Assembly: GCA_031255835.1 (NCBI GenBank)
Contig: JAIRRT010000192.1
Coordinates: 1-40,716 of the forward strand
Reading direction: 5' to 3'
DNA: 40,716 nucleotides
Source: Bifidobacteriaceae bacterium
GTDB lineage: Bacteria > Actinomycetota > Actinomycetes > Actinomycetales > WQXJ01
How positions within the stretch are numbered: the first letter of the stretch is position 1; each line of letters opens with the position of its first letter. Of this stretch, positions 23,202-31,258 are shown one piece after another. Under the pieces are notes generated by a model that saw nothing but the letters and a program-made list of their open reading frames with translations, had not been told where the DNA came from and searched no databases. The position numbers and the translations under genes are program-made.

Positions 23202-24167
23202 ATGGAGTATCGCGCCGTCGGCCGCACTGGGCTGGTCGTTTCCGTCCTCGGCCTTGGCACGATGACCTGGGGCCGGGACACCGATGACCTGGACGCGACC
23301 GATCAGCTGGCCGATTTCCTCGAAGCCGGCGGGACGCTGATCGACACGGCGGCCTCCTACGGCGACGGCGCGGCAGAGGAGCAGCTCGGCAAGCTGATCG
23401 GGACGGTTGCCGAAAGGTCAGACCTGATCATCGCGACCAAATCCGGCGTCGGCACCCGCGGCGGGCAGGCGGTAGTCGATGCTTCCCGAGGCAACCTGCT
23501 GGCCTCGCTTGACGCATCGCTTGAGCGGCTGGGCACCTCATGGATTGACCTGTGGCTGGTCCAAGCCCCGGATCCTCACACCCCCCTAGCCGAGACCCTG
23601 AGCGCGCTGACGATGGCGGTGCGTTCAGGGCGCGCGCGTTACGTCGGGTTGTCCAACCACCCGGCCTGGACCACGGCCGCCGCCGCGGCTGAGCTGCGCC
23701 GCGAAGGCATCGAGTTGGCCGGGGTCGAGATGGAGTATTCGCTGCTGCAGCGCGGCATTGAACGTGAGGTGATCCCGGCTGCGGCCGGGATGGGATTCGG
23801 TGTGCTGGCGTGGTCACCGCTGGGCCGCGGTGTGCTGACCGGCAAGTATCGCCACTCCATCCCCGCCGATTCGCGGGCCGCCTCAGCACACCTGCGAGGC
23901 TTTGTCGAGCCGTACCTGAACTCCTCGGCCGGTGCGATTGTCGAAGCGGTCGCGACAGCGGCCGATGGCCTCGGGGTTTCACCGCTGGCTGTAGCCCTCG
24001 CGTGGGTGAGAAGAGCGCCGCAGGTGGCGAGCGCCATCGTCGGGGGGAGAACTGCGGGGCAACTGCGCGCATCTCTGGGCGCGGTCGATCTGGAACTGCC
24101 CGAGGCTATTGCTGAGGCCCTAAGCGAGGTCTCCGCCCCTCACCCCGCCTACCCTGAGCGCTTCTAG
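23202..24167 (+). CDS. Aldo/keto reductase family oxidoreductase
   Basis: The ORF is 321 aa. Motifs present are LGLGTMTWG, IDTAASYGDGAAEEQLG, YVGLSNH and WSPLGRGVLTGKY. Confidence 0.85.
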   Translation: MEYRAVGRTGLVVSVLGLGTMTWGRDTDDLDATDQLADFLEAGGTLIDTAASYGDGAAEEQLGKLIGTVAERSDLIIATKSGVGTRGGQAVVDASRGNLLASLDASLERLGTSWIDLWLVQAPDPHTPLAETLSALTMAVRSGRARYVGLSNHPAWTTAAAAAELRREGIELAGVEMEYSLLQRGIEREVIPAAAGMGFGVLAWSPLGRGVLTGKYRHSIPADSRAASAHLRGFVEPYLNSSAGAIVEAVATAADGLGVSPLAVALAWVRRAPQVASAIVGGRTAGQLRASLGAVDLELPEAIAEALSEVSAPHPAYPERF

Positions 24168-24172
24168 CGCTT

Positions 24173-24484
24173 CTAGTCCTCGTCCTCGTCGTCTTCGGGG
24201 TCTTCTTCGCCGTCAGGGCCGTCGTCCTCGTCTTCATCCAGGTCTAGATCATCGAAGTCATCGTCGTAGTCTTCCTCGGGATCGTCGTCATAGACGAGGA
24301 AGGGAGTGTCGATGCCGGTGGCTTCATACAGGGCCTCGTCATACGTCTCGAACGCATCGATCAGGGTGGCGTAGGCGGCGGTGAAGGCGGCATCCTCGGG
24401 GCCTCGGCCACTGGCGGCAGTGGCGTAATGGGACTCCAAAGCAGCGATCAGGCGGTCAAGGGCGGCGCGGGGTTCGACAGTCAT
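24173..24484 (-). CDS. Small highly acidic hypothetical protein (Asp/Glu-rich C-terminal tail)
   Basis: The track ORF is 24173..24520. I prefer the internal ATG at 24484 (MTVEPRAALDRLIAALE...). The C-terminus is DDDPEEDYDDDFDDLDLDEDEDDGPDGEEDPEDDEDED. I do not recognise a family with confidence. Confidence 0.5.
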   Translation of the reverse strand: MTVEPRAALDRLIAALESHYATAASGRGPEDAAFTAAYATLIDAFETYDEALYEATGIDTPFLVYDDDPEEDYDDDFDDLDLDEDEDDGPDGEEDPEDDEDED

Positions 24485-24520
24485 TGCTTGACCGTAGCGC
24501 GAACCGGGGGAGAATTGCAC

Positions 24521-24781
24521 GTGGTTTCATCGTCGAGATTGCTGAATCGGAAAGTTGCGCACGTGACCCCTACAGATCGCTGGATCGCTGCGGGCGGCAC
24601 TTACGACACCCGAGTGGTGCCCCTGGCCGCCACCACGCCCCGCGCAGAAGCTGCCCGCTACCTCACCGACGAGGCCGAACACGGCCGCTGGGAGCTGCAC
24701 CGCACAGTCACGTACTGGGGCGGGCGGCGCCAAGCATGGCTGCGGCGCAAGTCACTGCGGGTTGAGAGCACCCTGGACTAG
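24521..24781 (+). CDS. Small conserved-looking hypothetical protein (possibly DUF5703-like)
   Basis: This is the 3' part of track ORF 24428..24781. The portion upstream of 24520 overlaps the acidic-protein gene on the opposite strand. Candidate starts are GTG 24521, TTG 24539 and a GTG near 24563. The sequence TPTDRWIAAGGTYDTRVVPL...EAARYLTDEAEHGRWELHRTVTYWGGRRQAWLRRK resembles a small actinobacterial family, recalled from memory only. Confidence 0.4.
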   Translation: MVSSSRLLNRKVAHVTPTDRWIAAGGTYDTRVVPLAATTPRAEAARYLTDEAEHGRWELHRTVTYWGGRRQAWLRRKSLRVESTLD

Positions 24782-24810
24782 CTGTCTGAGGCATGGTCTA
24801 GTCTGCCGGG

Positions 24811-26076
24811 GTGCGAAGTTGGCCCCGTCCTGAGATTCCGCTGCTGCCCGGCAAGGGCCAGATTCCGGCCATCCATGATTCAGCTCTAGGCGAAAAGGTT
24901 GCCTCGGCTCAGCCCGATGCCACCACCGCCACCATCTACGTCTGCGGCATCACCCCCTACGATGCCGCGCACATGGGTCACGCAGCGACTTACCTTGCGT
25001 TTGACCTGCTGATCCGGGCATGGATCGATGCTGGACGCCAGGTCACGTACGCCCAGTGCGTCACCGATGTCGATGATCCGCTGCTGGAGCGGGCCGAGCA
25101 GACCGGGCAGGACTGGCGTGAGCTGGCCGAGGAGCAGACCGAGGTTTTCCGCCGCGAGATGGCGTCCCTGCACCTGGTGCCACCGGACCACTACGTCGCC
25201 GTGGCGGACATAGCCGAGCAGATCGCCCAAGCCGGCCTTGTCCTCCAAGAGTCCGGCTGGGCCTACCCAGTTCCCGTGGACGATGCCGGCCCAGACCTCT
25301 ACGCGGATCTGTCAGCTGACCAGTTGTTTGGCCAGGTGGCACACCTGGACGCCAAGACGATGGACGAGCTGTTTGCCGAGCGAGGCGGTGATCCAGACCG
25401 GGTGGGCAAACGCCACCGGCTAGATCCGCTGCTGTGGCGGGCGCGCCGGCCAGGTGAGCCGTGGTGGGATTCGCCGCTTGGCCAGGGCCGGCCCGGTTGG
25501 CACATCGAATGCTCCGTCATTGCAGCCAGCCGCCTGGGGGTGCCGTTCGACATTCAAGGTGGCGGCAAGGACCTGTTCTTCCCCCACCACGAGATGAGCA
25601 TCTCACACCTGCGGGGACTGACCGGTGTGGCCTCACCCGTCGGTGCCCATGTGCACACCGGCGTGATTGGCCTGGATGGCACCAAGATGAGCAAATCCTT
25701 GGGCAACCTCGTGCTCGTCTCGGATCTGGTGGCCGCTGGTTCGCCGCCAGCGGCCATACGCCTCGCCTTGATCTCGCAGCACTATCGCCTGGACCGCGAC
25801 TGGACCGACACCCTGCTTGCCGAGGCAACGCAAAGGTTGGCCGCATGGAGTGAAGGGCTGGCGGCAGCGTCGGATGAGGGCGTGGATGTGGGGGAGGGGG
25901 ACCCGCAGGCTGTCGCGACACTCGAACGCATGCGCACTGCGTTGGCTGACGATCTTGACAGTCCAGCTGCCATCGCGGCAGTGGACGAGTATGTGGCGAG
26001 CGGACCGCCAACTCCAGGTGGAGTGGCTTTGGTGCGCGGCGCCATCGGCGGCCTGTTGGGGGTTGAGCTGGGCTGA
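24811..26076 (+). CDS. mshC: Cysteine--1-D-myo-inosityl 2-amino-2-deoxy-alpha-D-glucopyranoside ligase (mycothiol biosynthesis)
   Basis: The ORF is 421 aa. The N-terminus MRSWPRPEIPLLPGKG...IHDSA...TIYVCGITPYDAAHMGHAATYLAFDLL closely parallels mycobacterial MshC as I recall it. It has class I HIGH-like (AAHMGHAA) and KMSKS (KMSKSLGN) motifs. Its length is typical of MshC and not of CysRS. Confidence 0.92.
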   Translation: MRSWPRPEIPLLPGKGQIPAIHDSALGEKVASAQPDATTATIYVCGITPYDAAHMGHAATYLAFDLLIRAWIDAGRQVTYAQCVTDVDDPLLERAEQTGQDWRELAEEQTEVFRREMASLHLVPPDHYVAVADIAEQIAQAGLVLQESGWAYPVPVDDAGPDLYADLSADQLFGQVAHLDAKTMDELFAERGGDPDRVGKRHRLDPLLWRARRPGEPWWDSPLGQGRPGWHIECSVIAASRLGVPFDIQGGGKDLFFPHHEMSISHLRGLTGVASPVGAHVHTGVIGLDGTKMSKSLGNLVLVSDLVAAGSPPAAIRLALISQHYRLDRDWTDTLLAEATQRLAAWSEGLAAASDEGVDVGEGDPQAVATLERMRTALADDLDSPAAIAAVDEYVASGPPTPGGVALVRGAIGGLLGVELG

Positions 26077-26126
26077 CCTAGCTCGCTGACCTGACGGATC
26101 TGCGCAACCCGCTCAGGGCCGGGAGG

Positions 26127-26990
26127 CTACTTGGTGGGTGGGCGGTCCCCGGGGCCGCTTTGGTCGCGGCGGTGAAGGTAGCGCTGGAACTCGCGGGCCA
26201 GAGCCTCACCTGAAGCGTCGGGGGAATCGACAGCGTCCTTGGCGGCCTCAAGCTGCGCAACGTACTCGGCGATGTCCTCATCCTCGCTGGCCAGCGCGTC
26301 AACCCCTTCGGTCCACGCCCGCGCCTCCTCTGGGAGGTCAGCTATGTCCAACGGCTCGCCCATGATCTCCTCGATCTTTGTCATCAGCGCCATGACAGCC
26401 TTCGGGTTGGGAGGGTTGGCCACGTAGTGCGGCACGGCCGCCCAAAGCGTCATCGAATCCATCTTGGCGTAGTGGCTCGCCGTGTAGTCCAGCACCCCCA
26501 CTATGCCTGTCGGTCCGGAGTAGTCATTGGTCTCCAGGCCGTAACGCTTGCGCAGACGCGGCGAATCGGATGTGCCGGTCACCGGGATTGGTCTGGTGTG
26601 AGGAACATCTGCCAGCAACGCGCCCAGCACGATGAGCGTGGTGACCCTCTCATTCTTGAGGATCATCAGCACCTCAGAGCAGAACTGTTCCCAGCGCATC
26701 GACGGCTCGATCCCGTCAACCAGCACCACTTCGCGGCCCTTCGGGGTGGTAGTCCTGAACAGCCTGGTCACAGGCCAAATCAGGTTGCGCTCAGGGCCGA
26801 TGGAGAAGAACTTTGGCCTCGTCACCTGGAAGTCGTGGTAGTCCTCAGGGTCCAGACCCTGGAAAGGCTCTGCATCCCACCCCTCTATCAGCATTTCAAG
26901 GGCGGTGGTTGCGGCATTCCCAGCATCGTTCCAGCCAGAGAATGCGGCGATGGCAATGCGGTCAGGGGATTGACGGCGCGACGAACCCAT
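26127..26990 (-). CDS. PAC2-family (proteasome assembly chaperone 2-like) protein
   Basis: The track ORF is 26127..27062, and its start would overlap the divergent metH start. I prefer ATG 26990 (MGSSRRQSPDRIAIAAFSGWNDAGNAAT...), which is preceded by GGAG. An alternative ATG lies at 27017. The motif FSGWNDAGNAAT is characteristic of actinobacterial PAC2 proteins. Confidence 0.8.
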   Translation of the reverse strand: MGSSRRQSPDRIAIAAFSGWNDAGNAATTALEMLIEGWDAEPFQGLDPEDYHDFQVTRPKFFSIGPERNLIWPVTRLFRTTTPKGREVVLVDGIEPSMRWEQFCSEVLMILKNERVTTLIVLGALLADVPHTRPIPVTGTSDSPRLRKRYGLETNDYSGPTGIVGVLDYTASHYAKMDSMTLWAAVPHYVANPPNPKAVMALMTKIEEIMGEPLDIADLPEEARAWTEGVDALASEDEDIAEYVAQLEAAKDAVDSPDASGEALAREFQRYLHRRDQSGPGDRPPTK

Positions 26991-27060
26991 GGGCTCCACT
27001 CTAGGGGGTAGTGCCATGATCGGCTCGCGCCGGGCCGGCTGATCTAAGGGCGCAAGTACC

Positions 27061-30000
27061 ATGGCCGGCGTGATTCCCTCGCTGCGTGCCGTCCTGGGCG
27101 AGCGCGTCTTGGTGGCCGATGGCGCAATGGGGACCGAGCTGATGGCCGCGGGTTTGACGCCCGATGACTTTGCTGGGCACGAGGGTTGCTACGAGTACCT
27201 GAACATCTCCCGGCCGGACATTGTGGCCGGGGTTCATGCCGCCTACCTGGACGTTGGCGTCGATGCAGTTGAGACCAACTCGTTCGGGGCCAACCCATCC
27301 AACCTTGGCGAATACGACCTGGCGGACCGAATCGAGGAGCTGTCCAGGCGCGCGGCGCTCATAGCCAGGGACGTGGCCGATTCCTATGACACCCGGCGCT
27401 GGGTGTTCGGTTCGCTCGGCCCAGGCAGCTGGCTGCCGTCCCTCGGTGCAACAACGTTCACTCGCCTGCGGGACGCCTTTGAGACCCAAGCCACCGGACT
27501 GCTTGATGGCGGAGTTGACCTGCTGCTGATCGAGACCGCGCAGGATCTGCTGGCCGCAAAAGCCGCCGTGATAGGGGCCAGGCGCGCCAAGTCACGGGCA
27601 GGGCGGGACGTGCCGATCATCGTCCAGATCACCGTTGAGACCACGGGAACCATGCTCCTTGGCACAGAGACGATGGCGGCCCTCACCTCACTAGCTGGGC
27701 TCGGCATCGACGGGATGGGCCTGAACTGTGCCACCGGACCCGATTCGATGCGCGAGCACCTGAGCCAACTGGCCGCACATCTGCCGGTGACATCGGTGAT
27801 GCCGAACGCCGGGATGCCTGAGCTGACCGACCAAGGCGCCGTCTACCATCTGACGCCAACCCAGCTGGCCGACGCTCTGGACGAGTTCACTGCGGAACTG
27901 GGATGCGGGATCGTCGGGGGGTGTTGCGGCACCACGCCAGCGCACCTGCGTGAGGTGGTCAAGCGGGTGTCGGGGCGGGAGCTGAACCGGCCGGCCATGG
28001 ACCCGCGCCCGTCCGCAGGTTGGGTGTCCAGCCTGTTCACAGCGGTGCCGTTGAGTCAGGACGTCAGCTATCTGGCCGTGGGCGAGCGGGCCAACGCGCA
28101 GGGTTCCAAAGCGTTCCGTGAGGCGCTGGCAGGCGATGATCTGGACCGCTGTGTCGATCTGGCGCGGGCACAGGCAGCGCGCGGGGCGCACGTCATTGAC
28201 CTGAGCGTGGACATGGTTGGGCGCGATGGGCCAGCCGATATGACCGCGCTGGCGGCCCGGCTGGCCACGGCGACGAGCCTGCCGATCATGGTGGACTCGA
28301 CCGACCCGCCCACCCACGTGGCGGCGCTGGAGCAGTTGGGCGGAAAGTCGATCCTCAACTCGGTCAGCTTCGAGGACGGCGGCGCGCGGCTGGCGGAGCT
28401 GTTGCCGCACATCCGCGAGCACGGCGCTGCGGTGGTGGCGCTGACCATCGATGAAACCGGCCAGGCGCGTGAGGCTGCCCACAAGGTGCAGGTGGCGCAA
28501 AGGCTGATAGATGCGCTGGTGAGCGGTGGGGTTGACGTGCGGGACGTCATCGTCGATCCGCTGACATTTCCGGTGGGGGCGGGCGAGGAGACCAAACGCG
28601 ACGGGCTGGAAACTCTGGCCGCGATCCGGGCCATTCGCGCAGCCCACCCGCAGGTTCACATCGGGCTCGGCGTGTCCAACATCAGCTATGGTCTGGCGCC
28701 GGCCGCCCGGTTGGCGGTCAACTCGGTGTTCCTCGACATGGCGCGGCAGGCGGGGCTTGACGTGGCGATTGTCGATCCGGCGCGGATTGAGCCGCTGGAC
28801 CGGATCGATCCGCAGTTGCGCCAAGCGGCAGTGGACCTGATTGAGGACCGTGACAGGCCGGCAGCGTTGGCGCAGTTGCTGGCCGCCGGCGCCCCACCCC
28901 CTCAAACCGACGGTGCCGGCCCTCCCCTCTCCCCGCCGGAGCGGCTGACCGCACGGATTGTGCAGGGGCGGACCGCTGGGCTGGAGGAGGACATGGCGGA
29001 GGCGTTGACGCAGCTCAGCGCTGTCGAGGTGCTGGACGGCGTGCTGTTGCCGGCCATGGCTGAGGTGGGGAAGGCGTTTGGTGAGGGCCGGCTGCAACTG
29101 CCGTTTGTGCTGCAAGCGGCCGAGGCGATGAAGGCGGCCATCGCGTGGTTGCAGCCGCACCTGCCGCGAAGGGACAGGACCAAGGGAACCGTTGTGCTGG
29201 CGACGGTGCGCGGTGACGTGCATGACATCGGCAAGAACCTGGTGGACATTGTGCTGTCCAACAACGGATATCGCGTGATCAACCTGGGGATCAAGCAGCC
29301 GCTCTCGGCCATGTTGGACGCTGCCCAGGAGCATGGCGCTCAGGCGATTGGCATGTCCGGGCTGCTGGTCAAATCGGTCGAGGTGATGCGGCAGAACCTG
29401 GCCGAGATGAACGCGCGCGGCCGGCTGTGGCCGGTGATCCTGGGTGGGGCGGCGCTGACCAGGCAATACGTTGACGGCGAGCTGCGTGGGCTCTATCAAG
29501 GCGAAGTCCGCTATGCCAAAGACGCCTTCGAGGCGCTGGGTGTGCTCGCTGATTGGGAGGGTGCAGGTGGTGGGGTTGGTGGGGAAAGTGACGTTGGTGA
29601 GGTTGGTGAGGTTGGTGAGCGAGTTGATGCCGACGATGCCGGTGACTCTTCAGATCAGCCGCCAACTCAGCCTGTGCCGCCAAGAAGCAGGGGGTCAGTT
29701 CCGGCGGCGCCTGTTCCCAGTCCGCCGTTCTTTGGCGCGCGGTTGGCTGAGGGCATAGCCCTGTCCGATTACCTGCCTCACCTGGATGAACGCGCTCTGT
29801 TGACCGGCCGGTTTGGGTTGCGAGCGGTGACAGGTGACCCGCGCAGCGTCGAGGAGGTCATCGAAGAGGAGGGACTGCCCAGGTTGCGGGCGTTGATCGA
29901 CAAACTGCGCGCCGAGCGCCTGGCCCAAGCACGCGTTGCCTACGGGTTCTTCGCCGCCCACGCCGAGGGTGACGCCCTGCTGATTGAGGACGGCCAAACG

Positions 30001-30465
30001 GTTCACCGGCTGGTCTTCCCGCGCCAACAGCGCGAGCCTGGCCTGGCTATACCGGACTACTTCGACCAGGTGAGGGACGTCATCGGACTCCAAGTTGTGA
30101 CTGTGGGGCCGGCAATTGGAGAGGCTGCACGCGATCTGTATGAGGCGGGGCACTACCGCGACTACCTGGAGCTTCATGCGGTTGGGGCGGGGTTGACCGA
30201 GGCGCTCGCGGACTATTGGCACGCACGGATGCGGCGCTGGCTTGGGATCTCGGGTGGGCGGCGCTACTCGTTCGGCTATCCTTCCTGCCCGGACCTTGCC
30301 GGACGCCGGAGCGTGGTTGCCTTGACCGAGGCGGGGCGAGCCGGGGTGGAGCTGACCGAGACGGACATGCTGGTTCCGGAGTTCTCGACGGACGCGATGA
30401 TCGTCCATCATCCGGCGGCGAGGTATTTCTCCGTGGCTCGGCGCGGTCCGGACAGTGAGGAGTAG
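27061..30465 (+). CDS. metH: Cobalamin-dependent methionine synthase
   Basis: The ORF is 1134 aa. The Hcy-binding N-terminus is LVADGAMGTELM...GGCCGTTPAH. The pterin-binding region is GERANAQGSKAFRE...DLSVDM. The B12-binding region contains VLATVRGDVHDIGKNLV (DxHxxG) and GMSGLL. The C-terminal AdoMet-activation domain contains YSFGYPSCPDL. A low-complexity linker lies at about 29560-29720. Confidence 0.92.
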   Translation: MAGVIPSLRAVLGERVLVADGAMGTELMAAGLTPDDFAGHEGCYEYLNISRPDIVAGVHAAYLDVGVDAVETNSFGANPSNLGEYDLADRIEELSRRAALIARDVADSYDTRRWVFGSLGPGSWLPSLGATTFTRLRDAFETQATGLLDGGVDLLLIETAQDLLAAKAAVIGARRAKSRAGRDVPIIVQITVETTGTMLLGTETMAALTSLAGLGIDGMGLNCATGPDSMREHLSQLAAHLPVTSVMPNAGMPELTDQGAVYHLTPTQLADALDEFTAELGCGIVGGCCGTTPAHLREVVKRVSGRELNRPAMDPRPSAGWVSSLFTAVPLSQDVSYLAVGERANAQGSKAFREALAGDDLDRCVDLARAQAARGAHVIDLSVDMVGRDGPADMTALAARLATATSLPIMVDSTDPPTHVAALEQLGGKSILNSVSFEDGGARLAELLPHIREHGAAVVALTIDETGQAREAAHKVQVAQRLIDALVSGGVDVRDVIVDPLTFPVGAGEETKRDGLETLAAIRAIRAAHPQVHIGLGVSNISYGLAPAARLAVNSVFLDMARQAGLDVAIVDPARIEPLDRIDPQLRQAAVDLIEDRDRPAALAQLLAAGAPPPQTDGAGPPLSPPERLTARIVQGRTAGLEEDMAEALTQLSAVEVLDGVLLPAMAEVGKAFGEGRLQLPFVLQAAEAMKAAIAWLQPHLPRRDRTKGTVVLATVRGDVHDIGKNLVDIVLSNNGYRVINLGIKQPLSAMLDAAQEHGAQAIGMSGLLVKSVEVMRQNLAEMNARGRLWPVILGGAALTRQYVDGELRGLYQGEVRYAKDAFEALGVLADWEGAGGGVGGESDVGEVGEVGERVDADDAGDSSDQPPTQPVPPRSRGSVPAAPVPSPPFFGARLAEGIALSDYLPHLDERALLTGRFGLRAVTGDPRSVEEVIEEEGLPRLRALIDKLRAERLAQARVAYGFFAAHAEGDALLIEDGQTVHRLVFPRQQREPGLAIPDYFDQVRDVIGLQVVTVGPAIGEAARDLYEAGHYRDYLELHAVGAGLTEALADYWHARMRRWLGISGGRRYSFGYPSCPDLAGRRSVVALTEAGRAGVELTETDMLVPEFSTDAMIVHHPAARYFSVARRGPDSEE

Positions 30466-30473
30466 CTACAGCA

Positions 30474-31160
30474 ATGAGTTTTGAACCGGCCATGCCCTTG
30501 CCGGCCGCGGTGCTTTGGGACCTGGATGGGACGCTGGTCGATTCGGAAGGCTATTGGATCGAAGGTGAATATGCCCTGGTCAACCAGTTTGGTGGGAACT
30601 GGACTGAGGCGGACGCGCTGGAGATGGTGGGCAACGATCTTGTGCGCACCGGGGAGGCACTGAGGGCGCGCGGAGTCGACATGCCGGTTGACAGGATTGT
30701 GCGGTTCTTGCTGGACGGGGTGATCTCGCGGATGCGCGAGCGGGTGCCGTGGCGGCCCGGGGCGGTCGATCTGATTGCCGATTGTCGGGAGCATGGCGTG
30801 CCATGCGCGATGGTGACCGCCTCGTATCGCGACTATGCCCAGGCGGTTGTGGACGCCCTTCCCGATGGGTCGTTTTCCGCCATCGTGCCTGGTGAGGAGG
30901 TTGGGGCGGGGAAACCGGACCCGGAGGGGTACCTGCGGGCAGCCGAGGTGCTGGGGGTTGACCCGCACCGGTGCGTCATCCTGGAGGACTCCCACACCGG
31001 GGTGCAGGCAGCCATCAACTCCGGGATGCCGGCGGTGGCGATTCCGCTGATGGTCGAGGTGCCGGACGCGCCGAACCTCTCACGGGTGGGCAGTTTGTGC
31101 GAACTCACTGTCGAGTTGCTGGGCGAGATTGCGCACGGCCGGGTGGTGCGCACCGTCTGA
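30474..31160 (+). CDS. HAD-superfamily hydrolase (beta-phosphoglucomutase/phosphatase-like subfamily IA)
   Basis: The ORF is 228 aa. Motif I is AVLWDLDGTLVDSE (DxDxT). Motif II is VTAS. Motif III/IV is GAGKPDPEGY...ILEDSHTGVQAA. Confidence 0.85.
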   Translation: MSFEPAMPLPAAVLWDLDGTLVDSEGYWIEGEYALVNQFGGNWTEADALEMVGNDLVRTGEALRARGVDMPVDRIVRFLLDGVISRMRERVPWRPGAVDLIADCREHGVPCAMVTASYRDYAQAVVDALPDGSFSAIVPGEEVGAGKPDPEGYLRAAEVLGVDPHRCVILEDSHTGVQAAINSGMPAVAIPLMVEVPDAPNLSRVGSLCELTVELLGEIAHGRVVRTV

Positions 31161-31258
31161 CCGCGAGGCCCGGCGCGGGGGGTGGGGGCGGCGCGGTAGG
31201 GCTGCCCTAGAATTGAGCCCGCCTTTCCTGGACCTCTCCCGCCCGAATCGAGCCGACG

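Noticed and set aside
27691-29499. A 602-aa minus-strand ORF antisense to metH. Similar long antisense ORFs occur at 4834-5820, 7864-8673, 9248-10045, 12785-14182, 13924-15018, 30833-31750, 32722-33930 and 34502-35452.
   Set aside because: Each is Arg/Pro/Gly/His-rich with no motifs. Each lies entirely opposite a gene with strong family signatures. This is typical high-GC shadow-ORF behaviour.
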